From assembly GCA_951406725.2 (NCBI GenBank), contig OX597827.1:51770001-51834000 (forward strand): a stretch of 64,000 nucleotides of DNA, in the 5' to 3' direction. A model generated the notes under the pieces. That model was not told the origin of the DNA. It did not search any database and saw only the letters and a program-made list of their open reading frames with translations. This DNA is from Octopus vulgaris (lineage: Eukaryota). A program made the translations under genes and the position numbers. This document shows positions 1 to 13,336 of the stretch, piece after piece (position 1 is the first letter of the stretch; the number at the start of each line of letters is the position of its first letter).

Positions 1-1480
1 CTAAGGTAATTCAGTATGTGTGTTTATTAAAGTGTATGATTACCAACTAATATATCTTTGTTACCAGTATCAATGGCCAAGGCATTTTAATTCTCACTCT
101 CTCAAAATGCATAGATTTGAGTAGTTAGAGATAGATGTTGTTTCAACTCAAACTACCGTGTAGAGGTCTCTTTTGTTGGCTCATACACATATACATACAT
201 AACAGGAAGATGTGATATGAAGGAGATTTAACTATTTTGATCATATCTATCATGTAGAGGTCTCCTTTCTTAAATTATAAATAAATATGTACAGACATAA
301 GACAGTAGGTATGGTTTGAGGATTTGGCTGCTATTTCTACTAGGTCTTGCTACAGTTCCTCACTAGATAGTCCCTCATTGGCTCACATGCACACACACAC
401 ACACACACAAAAATATATTTGCTAACAAGATGATTCAGCTTCACATCACTTAAAGTTTCATGGGTTCTGAACACATCCATACCAAATGTTTGCAATCAGA
501 TGGGCAGTTTCACCATGGCATATGAGGAAATTACCTGTAGAGGTGATTTTGGGCTGACACAAGAGTGGGATGGGTTTGATGTATTTTTTGTGGGATGTAA
601 GGATGGGAAAAAGTGCCACTTTAAACATCATGTATTGGTGTGTAGGTACGAGTGTATGTGCAGGTTTGTATGTAATAAAGTGGGGTGCAGCAAACCTTGC
701 ACCAAATCCTTGGATGGTGACGAGGAGATATTCTGATTTTGGAAGCTCTAATATTTATTATTTATGATGAAGTTCATCAGTATCCAGTTTGGCTGCCAAT
801 TTGTGCTCATGAGGGCAGAGAACTATATACCCATAAATATATATATGCACATACATAGGTAAATATATACACATATTTATATAACATACACATGTGTTGT
901 AGCATAGAAGAAGCCTTTTTTTTTACGTAAAAGAAATTCTTTGAAAATTACCATGCATCTTCCATGATGCAAGTTGAAAAACTTTTAGCAGTGTTCTTAG
1001 AGTCAAATAAAATCAGCCCCTTACAAAGATTTACTATTTGTAATATAGATAAAATCAAAAGACAAAGAATGTATACACAACCAATTGTATACATAAAAAA
1101 GGAGTATTATTTTCAAGCTTTCTGTGGTTGCAAATGTATACCTGTGTACATTTTGAAGAATTGAAAAATTCCACCTATACCTGATTAACTTGTAGATACC
1201 CTTTCCAGTCCAGCATTATAATTTAAAGTCTAAGGGAGACTTTATCTCTCCATATTCTGAAAAAGTGGGACTGTATTATACAAGTTTCCAGTTCTGTTAG
1301 ACTTCCATCAGAAAAAGAACACTCATGTTCTGTCCACTGCAAGATTAGTAACTTATAGCTATTTTTAGTGTACGCAGTCTTGGACTTGGCTAAGGTAGTT
1401 GATCATATGAACTCCAGTACTATTTCAAAATTGTACTAAATTTTATTGATCTCTTTTCATTGACACAGTTAGCACTCCAG

Positions 1481-1860
1481 GTGAAATGCTTAGCGGTATT
1501 TCGTCTGTCTTTACGTTCTGAGTTCAAATTCCGCCAAGGTTGACTTTGCCTTTCATCCTTTCGGGGTCGATTAAATAAGTACCAGTTATGCACTGCGGTT
1601 GATATAATCGACTTTATCCGTTTGTCTGTCCTTGTTTGTCCTCTCTGTGTTTAGCCCCTTGTGGGTAGTAAAGAAATAAGTGAAATGTTTAGTGGCATTT
1701 CATCTGTCTTTATGTTTTGAGTTAAAATTCCAAGGTCAACTTTGCCTTTTGTCCTTTAGGGGTCACTAAAATAAGTACCTGTTGAGCACTGGGTCAATTT
1801 AATTAACATAGCCCCTCTCCCCAAACTGCTGGCCTTGTGCCAAAATTTGAAACCAGTATT
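1481..1860 (+). mobile_element. Two tandem 5'-truncated tRNA-derived SINEs (family with Deu/Nin-like central domain)
   Basis: B-box gagttcaaattcc followed by gcctttcatcctttcggggtcgattaaataagtaccag; same family as 32832-33062, 59750-60125, 56519-56708 and 20424-20640. Confidence 0.85.
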
Positions 1861-2058
1861 AGAAAGTTAGAAAGAAACATCTAATGACATAATTAGCAGC
1901 AACTGAATAAAATCTATTTTAGCAAACTACTACTGTCTTATAAAATACTTTAAACCAATGCTAACCCAAGAAAACTTGTTAAAATTAATTGAACTTAGAG
2001 ATAAAAAGATGTGAAATGTTTATAATTATTCAGATTTTCACTATTTTCTCTTCTTCAG

Positions 2059-3807
2059 ATCTATGAAAATCCAGATAATGTCACTACAGAGAGGAGGAAC
2101 AGTGCAAAAGTGGAAAGTGATCTAGAATACACGAAGACTGTCCAGGAATCTCCTGAGTCTGACTCAGAGAATGTAACAAATTCTGTGAAGGAACATGAAT
2201 CAGATAAGAATTTCACTGATAAGCTTCAATCAAAACTTAACCGCAACAGTGCTAACATGAATGCAGCTGGTAAAAATAATAGTGCAATGCGACCAAAATC
2301 TATACCACCACCTCCTCCTAAATATCCAGATGCTATGGCTCCTAAGAAAAAGATTCCTACAAAAGTAACAAATGAGCCTGGAAAGAAATCGGTTAATCTT
2401 CCAAAACCACTGCTACACAATAATGTTCCTCCTTCTGGTGTTGAAACTGTAAAAGTGATGCCAAATGCAGCAAGTGAATCAAACTTTACTGATGAGCTTC
2501 AGTCTAAATTGACCAAATTAAAACCCCAACAACAGGTGTCTAAACCAGACTCTACAGCACCTGCCAGCAGTCAACCTCCAAAATATAATGTAAGGCAGTC
2601 AAGTCTTAAGAAATCACTCGTTCCAAAAGAGAAACCTACGCCAATGTCACCACCACAACCATCTTCATTATCATTGGCTAGTGCACTAAAACAGAAACAA
2701 AACAGCTCAAATAATTTTCAACATGACATTACTGAATCAAAAGGGAGAGAAACTGAGTCAAAAGAGAAAGATACTGCACGTTATAGTGGATCTAAACTTT
2801 CAGATAGGATTGCTAAATTTCAGAACCAGAGTGAAAACAAGGATGCAAACATAACCACAGGAAATAACCGAGGTCTGAATTTGTTGAAACGGCAACAGGA
2901 AAAATTTAAATTGGATGACCCTAATTTACAAGACAACAAAAATAAAACAGGTTTTTCTAGCTCAAAGCCAAGTCCTGCCATACCTCAGAAACCACCAGTA
3001 TTCAGCAAAGCTGCTCTGAAACCCACGGTTAAGAGTTCTCAAGAGAGTGTCCCTGCTAATGTGGGTCTTAAACCTAAAGTGTCATTCACAAAGCCAAAGT
3101 TAAATCAGAATGTTACTCAGAGTAATCCCCAAACAATTGCTTCAAAATATCCCCAGTTTCAAGCCCAGAAAACAGCACCTGTATCAAAACCAGCACAAGT
3201 TGGTCATAAGTCGACTCTTCAGCCACCATCCACTCCAACAAATAAACCTAATTGGAAAATTGCAGATAGTGCTGAAATAAAGTACCAGGCTTCTCATAGC
3301 TACCAGGCAGAAAATGCTGAAGAGATTAGCTTTGTCCGTGATGATTCCATTGAAGTGTTGGAGAAAGATGAGTCAGGTTGGTGGCTGGTGAGGGTTGGCA
3401 CAGAAAAAGGCTGGGCACCTTCAAATTACATTGAAGAAGTGAAACCAGTGACTAGCCGGAAGTTAAATCCTCCTAAGAAACCCCTTCCCAAACTAACACC
3501 AGGAAGCCCAGCCAAAAACACAACATTAGATTCCAGCAACAACAATAATTGTAATAATAACACTTCAACTCAATGCAGCGAGAATGACAGCAGCAAAAAG
3601 GATGGTAACAACAGAATCTTCAATGACTGCCTGTATATAGTCATGGAAGATTTCAGTGCTTTCAGTGACGAAGAGCTGTCAGTGGAGGAAGGAATGTATG
3701 TGAATGTAATAGATAATTCAAACAATGAATGGTGGTATGTTTCACTTCACACTGGTGAAGAAGGATGGGTTCCTGCAAACTGTATAAGCACTGTACATGA
3801 TGTCTGA
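2059..3807 (+). CDS. Terminal coding exon of a proline-rich adaptor/scaffold with two C-terminal SH3 domains (SH3PXD2/Tks-like or similar); upstream exons not identified in the window
   Basis: Polypyrimidine acceptor ttttctcttcttcag at 2044-2058 opens in phase 0 (IYENPDNV...) into the 565-aa ORF. It contains PxxP-rich stretches and two SH3 domains (YQASHSYQAENAEEISF...GWWLVR...GWAPSNYI; YIVMEDFSAFSDEELSV...WWYV...GWVPANCI). Stop TGA at 3805-3807. Confidence 0.88.
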   Translation: MYENPDNVTTERRNSAKVESDLEYTKTVQESPESDSENVTNSVKEHESDKNFTDKLQSKLNRNSANMNAAGKNNSAMRPKSIPPPPPKYPDAMAPKKKIPTKVTNEPGKKSVNLPKPLLHNNVPPSGVETVKVMPNAASESNFTDELQSKLTKLKPQQQVSKPDSTAPASSQPPKYNVRQSSLKKSLVPKEKPTPMSPPQPSSLSLASALKQKQNSSNNFQHDITESKGRETESKEKDTARYSGSKLSDRIAKFQNQSENKDANITTGNNRGLNLLKRQQEKFKLDDPNLQDNKNKTGFSSSKPSPAIPQKPPVFSKAALKPTVKSSQESVPANVGLKPKVSFTKPKLNQNVTQSNPQTIASKYPQFQAQKTAPVSKPAQVGHKSTLQPPSTPTNKPNWKIADSAEIKYQASHSYQAENAEEISFVRDDSIEVLEKDESGWWLVRVGTEKGWAPSNYIEEVKPVTSRKLNPPKKPLPKLTPGSPAKNTTLDSSNNNNCNNNTSTQCSENDSSKKDGNNRIFNDCLYIVMEDFSAFSDEELSVEEGMYVNVIDNSNNEWWYVSLHTGEEGWVPANCISTVHDV

Positions 3808-4529
3808 AGAAATATAATCTTTAGCATTATTGCACCTTGAATTTTAGCTTGTGACTTGGCACAAACAGTCAAATCAAACGAAACCTATGTATTTCATTTT
3901 ATTCTTTACTTTCTGAGTTAACTCTGACTTTGGGGTCAATAAAATAGCAGTAATATACTGAAGTCAAACTTACTGTACTTATACTCTATAAAAACTGGCT
4001 GTGTGAAAAGTGAGAAAAAAATTATGTTTTGAATATATTCTTTGTTTGGTTTATGCACAAGTTCTAGCCAGTGACATAAAGTGACCTATATCAGTTACAT
4101 GTTTAAAGTATATGGCCAGTTCTTATAAAGATTGTGCAGTAGTGTCATAATATTATTGTTTATCACTGTGGAAGAGTAAGTAAACTCCCAGTGATCCAAG
4201 TTATATTTTTCAGTTCTTTGATGTTAAGGTTATCATATGTATGTTTCAAAATTTGTCTCTTTACCATAAAGCTTTGTGGGATGTATGTAAAAAATGAGTA
4301 AAAATTAAATGAAAATAATGTAAAGTTAAAATTCACACACACACACACACACACATGTGTATGTCAACTTGTATTTTATGAGGCTGAAGATATTAAGTAG
4401 CACAGTTACTTGAGTTTCATCATTTGAATTATCAAATTGTAATGAAGTTTGAATTTTTTTATATATGGAGCTGGATAAAGGAATAAAGGAAGGAATTTGA
4501 GTATGATGCAGAGAAAATTGGGGGAAAGG

Positions 4530-6830
4530 GGAAAAGAGAGGGTGCATAGTAAGAAGAAAGCTGGTAAGAGAGTAATGATAGGCAAATTTGAAATATTGAA
4601 AGTAAAAATGATTAAAAATTAATAGTAAAAAGGTTATGTAAACTGGTAAGAGTTTAGATCTGATTATAGGAGTGAACTGGGGGTAAAATATATAGGATAA
4701 AAAAATAGAATAAAGTTTTGTTGGTATAAAATTTTAACTTGAGAAAAATTCTAATGAACAGAGAAAGGAAAATTACTATCTTTGATTAAATTTAATCATT
4801 GATTAAATTAATTTGATGTCAGGTTTTTATGTAAGCAAAGAAACACTGTCTTTGATTTACAGTTGAAGAGGGATTGCTTGGAGAATGGTATTTCTTGTGA
4901 TACAGTAATACGAAGTAGACACAACTTGTTACTGAGAAGGTTTGATAAAATATATTTTCCATTTTGATTTCAGAGTTGTTAGATTCAAGATTCTAAATGA
5001 ATTTGTGAAACTGTTATTTTTTTCAGTAGCACAGTGCGCCCACCCACCCCACCTATGACCTTTTAGAAGTACATTTACAATTGAGCAGGCAATCATTCGT
5101 GTGAATACAGTTATATGATTGGGAAGATTGGGTTAAGGAAGAATTATGAAATTTGATATTGTTAATACAATTTTATAAAATCAACTTAGACATCACTCTT
5201 GAACTTAATAACCTCCAGTTTTTTCTGTGTAAAAATCCATTGAATCTCTCCATTACATACATAAATTTTGTAACTACCCATGCAATATTTTGAATCATAC
5301 ACAGATATTTCTTTACACTTGTTTATCCTCTTTTCCAATGAATCTGCTTTCAGAGATGCTTCACCTTGTATATAATAAGGTGCACAAGCACAACTATTAT
5401 AATAAGGTGCACAAACACAAAACAGATTCACCAAAAATCTGTTAAAAACATCTCATTAACCCACAAAATACAACATGCATCACCAACTTCAATTCTCCAT
5501 ATAACCAACGAGTTTCTACACCTGTAGCTGATATCTTTGTGGAGCTCTTACAAAATATGTCCATATCACAGGAACCACTAACATTTCAAAATAAATTTCT
5601 GTAAAAGTTTCTTCAAAAAACTTTAACCTACACAAGTTTTCTCCAATGTGAAACATATGGAACTCAACTTATTCTTTCCAACTATGTAGTTGTATTCACT
5701 TGAATGATTGCCCACTCAACTGTCATTGTACTTCTGGAAGACTCTCTCTCTCTTTACTCTTTTACTTGTTTCAGTCATTTGACTGTGGCCATGCTGGAGC
5801 ACCACCTTTAGTCGAGCAAATCAGCCCCAAGACTTATTCTTTGTAAGCCTAGTACTTATTCTATCGGTTTCTTTTGCCGAACCGCTAAGTTACGGGGACA
5901 TGAACACACCAACATCGGTTGTCAAGCGATGTTGGGAGGACAAACACAGATACACAAACACACACATATATATATACATATATACGACAGGCTTCTTTCA
6001 GTTTCCGTCTACCAAATCCACTCACAAGGCTTTGGTCGGCCTGAGGCTATAGTAGAAGACACTTGCCCAAAGTGCCACGCAGTGGGACTGAACCCAAACC
6101 ATGTGGTTGGTAAGCAAGCTGCTTACAACACAGCCACTCCTGCGCCTATACAAGACTCCTGATTCTATTGTTAAAACTATCAAACTTTTAAATCATACAT
6201 TAAAGTAACATCAAGTTCTTTCAAAAGGCAATTTTACCAATATCCTTATAGCTTTCGCCACCAAATTAAATGTTTTTATTCCAATTTGTTTGAGTTCATT
6301 TAGAGCCTTTAACTTAATGACACATATTTTAAAATCAAGTGAAAAATAATGTTTTTCTATAAATCTTTTAATCTTTAAATTGTTTTAGCTTTAAGGCTGT
6401 GGACATGCTGAGGCACCATTTCCAACAAGCTGTCAATTTTGCAGTTCTGAATATCTAGAAATACTCTATCTCAACATCTCCTTTTTCAATTATAATTCAG
6501 CAGCAGTATCTGTAAACTTTCTTAGACATTCAAGATCAGTCAGATACTTTAAACTGTATTTTCAATCAAACCCACTAGATTTAGTCAATATGATCCACAT
6601 CCCTATCTATTCTCTTTACAATTTTTCTCAAACAGTAGCACAGTACCAACAAGGCTTATTCTAATTTTTATTTCATATCATTCAATTCATTCCTTAATTG
6701 CATAATCCTTTTCTCCTTTATCACTTTATGTACATTTTAATTCATTTTCCCACTATTGGTTACTCTCAATATTTCAAATTTGCTCATCGTAACTGATCTA
6801 TGTGCTTTGATCTTTGCTAACACCTCTTTT
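4530..6830 (+). mobile_element. Decayed Penelope-like element (RT end plus GIY-YIG) with an inverted partial copy on its 5' side; interrupted by a SINE
   Basis: Plus-strand remnants YIHKFCNYPCNIL (~5250-5290), LCSCIHLNDCPLNCHC (~5680-5730) and SFKRQFYQ..SFRHQ (~6216-6265). Segments ~4580-4605 and ~5065-5135 are diverged reverse complements of ~6760-6785 and ~5665-5735. Boundaries approximate. Confidence 0.6.
5750..6146 (-). mobile_element. Full-length CORE-type tRNA SINE (octopus OR-like)
   Basis: Reverse complement of ggcgcaggagtggctgtg...ggcac(c/t)ttgggcaagtgtcttctactatagcc...gactgaaacaagtaaaagag; near-identical to 61129-61592. Confidence 0.9.
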
Positions 6831-6867
6831 TCATTCATCATCTGTATGTGTGTGTATGTACATGAAG

Positions 6868-7930
6868 GGGGTCATACCTGATGATTGGAATAAGTCCATT
6901 ATTGTCAAGTGTTACAAAGCCAAAGGCGACACCTTAGAGAGAGGTAATTACAGGGGTAACACATTACTGACCAGGTTGTAAAAGTGATGGAAAGAAATAT
7001 AGTTCATATAGGAAGAAAGTTATCCTAGATGAAATGAATTTTTGGTTTTGTACAAAGAAGTACTATTCATTGCATCTTTCTTGTGAGACAACTGTTGGAG
7101 AAATGCCTGGCATTTGTCAACCTGAAGAAAGTCTTCAACAAAATTCCTCACTTGGTAATCTGGTGGTCACTTAAGTACTTAGGAGGAGATGAATGGCTTT
7201 TGAGAGCCATAAAAGCCATGTGAAAAGGTTCCACGAAATCTCAGAGCTTAGTCCCCATTCTATTCCTCATAGTTCATCTGGCTATAACAGATGAGTTTTA
7301 AAACTCAGCATCCATTGAAACTCTGATATGCTGATGACTTCATTTTTATAGTTGAATGTATAGTACAAAAGAAATTCCAGGCATAGAAGCAAAACCTGGA
7401 TTCAGAAGGTATCAAACTTAATTTAGCAAGGCCTAAAGTCTTTAATAAGTAAGAAAGCAGATAGGACCCCACTTTTCGCAGGAGAAGCTGAGGATAGAAC
7501 TTCTATATAGTGTACTCAATTCAAACTTTGGATACACAAGAGGTACAGTGGAATCAAAGGCGTGTTAATAGAGTAAGTAGAATTTGTATGGGGAAGATAT
7601 GCTGGAATAGTAAATTCTTAGCGCACATGGGGAAAACCTTATAAGTAGTTGATAGCTTCTGTTATCTGGGTAACCTAATCAGCATTGGAGGAGGATGTTC
7701 TCAAAATATAGTAGTCAGAGTAAGAACAGGATGGAGATCTGTTACCTTTGTTGGTAATAAAAGGTTTCTATCTCCGAGTGAAAGCACATGTATGATACTT
7801 GTGTATGAAAAGCAATGCTATACAGTAGGAAGACCTGGGTTCTGAATATGAAGGACTTTCAATGGCCAAAAAGAAATGCAACAAGCATGCTCTGCTGGAT
7901 CTGCAATGTCAGTATACATGCTTAGCTAAA
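6868..7930 (+). mobile_element. Degraded RTE-like LINE reverse transcriptase fragment
   Basis: Frameshifted VIPDDW..SIIVKCYKAKGDTLERGNYRG, FGFV, IFLVRQL, FVNLKKVFNKIP, YADD and FCYLGNLIS motifs. Confidence 0.75.
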
Positions 7931-8030
7931 TGTCAGTGCTTGATATATATAAAATGAGTAGGTAGGAACTCCATATGGTGTCCACGATGTGCACAAAAGG
8001 TGTATTGGGATCCTGAACAGACTGATGGTA

Positions 8031-9034
8031 TTGGGTTGAGTCATAAATAATTTCCTTCCTTTGGAAGCAAATTGTAATGACACATTTCAAACTTCAGATG
8101 TTTAAAATTGCAATGGAAACTACCATTTTTAAAAGACCCTCATCTGTTATTCGTATGTAAGCAGGGAAATTGTGCACATCATTGTTTAATATGAACTGAA
8201 AGTGCATATTCAACATGTGATACTGTGAGTGTTTAAGAATGGAAAAAATTCCACAGAAATAGCTAAGAAAATATGCTGTGTTTATGGCCAAGGTGTCATT
8301 ACTGTCCAGCAAGTTCCCCATATTCTTAGTGAGAAGAATAGGGAAGATCACATGTCCATGGGGACAAGTCTTCTATCAAAGTATAAAAATGACCCATTTC
8401 TCAATAATACCATTACAGGTGATGGAAAATGGGTCTTTTATGACAATGTTCAATGCAAAAGGCAGTGGACTGATAAGAATAAATCTCTACAACTTATCTC
8501 AAAGGCTGAGCTCTATGGAAGGAAGGTTATGCTGTGTGTACGGTGGAATCACCGTTTTGAGTTTTTAAACTGCATTCAAACACTAAAGCTGGCATATGCT
8601 CCCAACAGCTGCAAAATGTGCATGAAAATCTTTTAAGAAAATACCCTGTACTCGTTAATAGTAGAAACATTGTATTTCTCCATGATAACACAAGACCACA
8701 TTCAGCAAGGATCACACAGGATAAAATATTGGTTTTAGGCTGGTGTGTTCTACTCCATCCACCATTTTCACTGGACCTTGCACCAACTGATTTCTATCTT
8801 CTGATGGAGAAACATTTTTCCTCAAGAAAATCAGGTGAAGACGTGTGTGGATAGCTTTTTCATGTTGAGGCCAGCTTAATTTTACATGAGAGGAATCAAA
8901 AAGCTATCTAAAAAATAGCAAGAGGTCGTTCAAAATAATGGCAATATACTGATAATTGAAAATAATTCTTTGTAAAATTTTTTCATGAGTAAAGGTATTT
9001 AACAAAATCAGAAATCATTTATGACTCAACCCAA
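8031..9034 (+). mobile_element. Mariner (Tc1/mariner) transposon, defective transposase
   Basis: TIRs ttgggttgagtcataaat / atttatgactcaacccaa flanked by TA. Broken ORFs carry TITGDGKWVFYDN, LHDNTRPH and HPPFSLDLAPTDF. Confidence 0.92.
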
Positions 9035-9124
9035 TATATGAAGGCTTTGTATGTGATGCATGTATAGAAATAATTAGCAGTCAGTGCTACTAAACTGCTT
9101 TCCAATGCTTGTAATTCTCTGTAG

Positions 9125-9600
9125 TAGTAGTAGCTGATAGCTTCTGTTATTTGAGCAACCTAATCAGCAATAAAGGAGGATACTCTGAAAGCATACTGGC
9201 CAGAATAAGAACGATAGAAAAAGTTCAGGAAACAAGAGGATTATCTCTTCAAGCAAAGGGTAGATTATATTTTGCTTGTGTAGGAAGTGAAATGTTGCAT
9301 AGTAGTGAGATATGGGCACTGAATGCAGATGTGTGAAGGTTGGAGGTAATAAAGCAAACATGCTCCGCTGCACATATAATTTTAGTATGCATCACTGATG
9401 TGATACAGATAGATGAGAGATAAATTGGGCGTTAAGAGGAATCAGCTGTAATGTGCAAGAGGGGAAGCTACATTGGTATGGATGTGTGATGTATATGGAG
9501 GATAGCAAGTGGCTGAAGATGTGGCAAGATATCTCAGTGAAAGGAAACAAGAAGAGGAAAACCCAAAGAAAGCAGGACTGAGACACAAATGTTGGCCTCA
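9125..9600 (+). mobile_element. Second 3' fragment of the same RTE-like LINE family
   Basis: gatagcttctgttat...aacctaatcagca parallels 7651-7685; KGRLYFACVGSEMLHSSEIWAL motif. Confidence 0.65.
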
Positions 9601-9712
9601 GCAGTATTTGAGCTCGGACAAATGTGGCAAAACATTTTTTCCGGACACTTTAATGAGTTTGCCAACTGCCTCATGTATAGGCACAAAGCCTGGGATTTGA
9701 GGATAGTTGGGT

Positions 9713-10119
9713 TACTCTCTTTTACATGTTTCAGTCATTTGACTGTGGCCATACTGGAGCACTGCCTTTAGTCGAGCGAATCGACCCCGGGACTTATTCT
9801 TTGTAAGCCCAGTACTTATTCTATCGGTCTCTTTTGCCGAACCGCTAAGTGACGGGGACGTAAACACACCAGCATCGGTTGTCAAGCAATCCTAGGGGGA
9901 CAAACAGAAACACACAAACACATACACACACATACATGTATATATATACATATATACGACAGGCTTCTTTCAGTTTCCGTCTACCAAATCCACTCACAAG
10001 GCATTGGTCGGCCCGGGACTATAGCAGAAGACACTTGCCCAAGATGCCACACAGTGGGATTGAACCTGGAACCATGTGGTTGGTTAGCAAGCTACTTACC
10101 ACACAGCCACTCCTGCGCC
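9713..10119 (-). mobile_element. Full-length CORE-type tRNA SINE
   Basis: Near-identical to 5750-6146 and 61129-61592. Confidence 0.9.
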
Positions 10120-11369
10120 TATGTTAGTGACTAACCGTTAGATACATTGACACAATATTGGACTTCCTTTATTTTAGCCACCCCGGAGGGATGGAAAGCA
10201 AAGTTTGATCTTGACCTCGAGTTGTTGCGTTCTCAGTATTTGAACTCAGAGTGTAACGAGTCTGCTAATGCACCTCAAATATTAATTTTTTTTTTTTTAA
10301 ACATAAAGCGAGAAATTTTCGAGGGGAGAAGAACAATCGATTACTTCAACAGTAGTCTATGGACCCGGAGGTGAGAAACGCAAACTTGATCTTGGCGAAA
10401 TTTGAACTCTGGATGTAAAGAACCAGGAAAAATACTACAGGGAATTTTTTACAGTGCTCACAGTTCTGCAAATCTACTGCTCTTATAACTGTTTCTAAGA
10501 TAGGAACCAAGCCAGAAATTTGGTCAATCAAATCAAACTGGTAAAATCCCATTTTGGTACATCAGGATTTTATGACACTCTAACGATTCTGATATTCCAC
10601 CGTCTTATTAATGATATAATAATAAATATAATATCTCCACTTGACTTGCCAAAAGTGGATTCAATCTATTTCTTGGGTCTCAGAAATGGATACGTTATTT
10701 TATAATTAACGATTTTTAAAAATTGAAAGTCAGTCGAAGTAGAGTTAGCTCCCTTGAGCTATATTATGGAGTGATGAGTAAAGTGCATCAAATCGAACAA
10801 TAACAATTTACAAATGATTAAAATTTCTTTTGTAGCTAATTCTAATATCCTTCATTGGCGGTTAAGATTAATATATTTTAATACATTTTTATAAACACAT
10901 TGACTTTGGATAATACTTCTATTTTATGGTTAGTATGAGTAGATTCTATTCGTACAAGACTTGCTTTGTTATGCATTTCACATGGCAAAGCCTAAGTGTT
11001 TTGAAAACTGATAGCTTTTTCATCCAAAGCATACATCTGCTGGTATGATTGTATCCTCTCTTTTGATCCATCCAGTGAAATTTGTGGTCTCAATGGCATA
11101 TAGCATGAAATTAACTATTTGCCTTGTGTCATTGCATAGTTATGGCTGATCTAAATTCTGCTGCAGCATTATCGAGGATACTTTTCATACTGGAGTTTGT
11201 GTTGTAGTTTACCAGGATGTTTCAATTAATTTTGAAATCCTGCAGGATAGTAAATTATTTCTCTATGATCTACAACAGTGTCTTCTGATTTGTTGATTGA
11301 TTATGACATGAAAGTAGCTGCAGCAGCTGTGAACTGATGCTGCTGATCCAAGCATTATCCCCATACAAC

Positions 11370-11612
11370 ATCATCATCATCATCGTTTAGAGTCTGCTTT
11401 CCATGCTAGCATGGGTTGGACGGTTCAACTGGGGTCTGTGAAGTCAGAAGGCTGCATCAGGCCCAGTCTGATCTGGCAATGTTTCTACGGCTGGATGCCC
11501 TTCCTAATGCCAACCACTCCATGAGTGTAGTGGGTGCTTTTTACATGCCAGATAAGGCTGGCAAACGGCCACGATTGGATGGTGCTTTTTACGTGCCACC
11601 GGCACGGAGGCT
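11370..11612 (-). mobile_element. SINE-like retroposon with (GAT)n tail, 5'-truncated
   Basis: catcatcgttt...ttccatgctagcatgggttggacg is the reverse complement of the 3' end of 14148-14522. Confidence 0.75.
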
Positions 11613-12764
11613 CACCTATTTTCTTAACTATTGTATGCATAGAAGCTGGATTTATGGCACCATTACTGTTAGAGGGTAATCTCTCTAGTCAACCAGTAAT
11701 AAACTTTTAGCAAAGTTCATCAGACAGCTGATCTCCAAAATGATTGACTTTTATGCTTGTAGACAGTTTGAAGATTTTAACTTTGGTCACAATTTTAAAA
11801 GCATGAATTTCATAAATTTTTATTTTCTGGGATATCTGGTAGAATCTGAAAACATACTCACTACTCTGCCATTTAAAATCTATTGTCATGCAAGTCCTCC
11901 AGAGTGCAGCCTAGGGCCCCAGAGCTTCCTCGTGTGCCATTGTGTATTCATACCATTCAATCATTTGTAAGCGCTTAAGAACTTGTTTGGCTTCCAAATT
12001 CTTGGCTATGTTGCAAGCAGGTGTGTCATTTTTACCAAAGTGCAAAGGGAGCTTGAAAGCAGAATGTAGTGTACAACTCCTAAGAAAGAATGTGATGACA
12101 ACAACTGAAGTAACAACTGCAATAGCTATTCTGTTATGTTGATGGACTTTGGCGAAACTGATCAGGAATGTCTGTCATGTTCCACCCTGAACATCAAGGA
12201 AGCAAATTCTAGGTACTTGCAAAAATACAAAAGCAGACTGCCTTCTGATTTACACAGAATTTGCATTTATCATCTTTCTCATATGGTAGTAATATGTCAA
12301 TGTTAATAACATTTGCTGTATGATGTCTCTTTTAAATTGCTGTTGCTAGATTATTGACTTTAGTAATGTAGTTAGATTAAGGAGGTTGTTTTCATGAAAA
12401 TCATTTTACATCCTTAAGCTTGTTGATGAGGGCTGCATTGTTGATTTTATCTATATATTCTATATCAATGCAAAGATACATCTGTTGAGCTTGATGCTTG
12501 AAATCTTCAAAAATAGAATTGTGACACTTGAGCCAGTACTGACACACATTGGATGCTTCACAGACTCTTTGTTGGATATACAGAAGCTTCTGACAATGTT
12601 GTGTCCAACTGCACATCATTCTTCAACAATTCAAATACATAGTGTGTAGTGGTGCAAATTTTGACATTGAAATGGACTGGAATTTTCCATTTAATGGAGA
12701 AAAAAATCAAAGAGAGCTTATTTATGTTGATTGACATATACAGTAGACTCTCTTCCAATGACAC

Positions 12765-13336
12765 TGTTAAAACTTGTAGGGAATACGACTGTGCATAAGG
12801 AGTTGGTGATGGAAACGTCTCCTTTAAACTCCGCACGGTTTCCCTAACAAAATATGAAGCCAAATACATGATATAAAGAATATGTGCCAAAAGAATAAAT
12901 GAGGACAACAACCGTTCTACTGCTTGAGAGAGAAAGATTTTATTTACAAATGTGTACAATGAGAGTGTGTGTGAGTGCTAGCAAAGTGGAGTGTCTGTGT
13001 GCATGCGACAAGTGTTTCTATCTGTGTGTTCATGTGTGCAACAGAAGTACAAACAAGGTATAAAACAGAATACAGAGCATAGGATGAGACCAATAATAGT
13101 CTGTCGATCTCGCCTTTTTAAAGAGTTAAGGTGGCTCAGATGAAGCATAAGAAAAACAGTGTCACGAGACCTTATCTGAAGGCCGTGATTGGTTGGCTTA
13201 CACACTGGCATGAAATAAGTCAAAAGACAAACTGCACCAAATGCTAACCAATCGGAGCAGTGGACACAACAGGGTCAAAATAGCCAAAGATGGTTGTTAT
13301 CTACCACGAGATCATTTCTAATATATCTCTCAAACA
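12765..13336 (-). mobile_element. Probable solo LTR (572 bp) inserted in the Helitron ORF
   Basis: TGTT...AACA ends, internal AATAAA on the minus strand, non-coding; Helitron homology resumes on both sides. No clean TSD seen. Confidence 0.55.

Noticed and set aside
2110-2112. ORF-track start of the SH3 protein
   Set aside because: The codon is GTG; the frame is open back to a splice acceptor at 2058, so this is an exon rather than a gene start.
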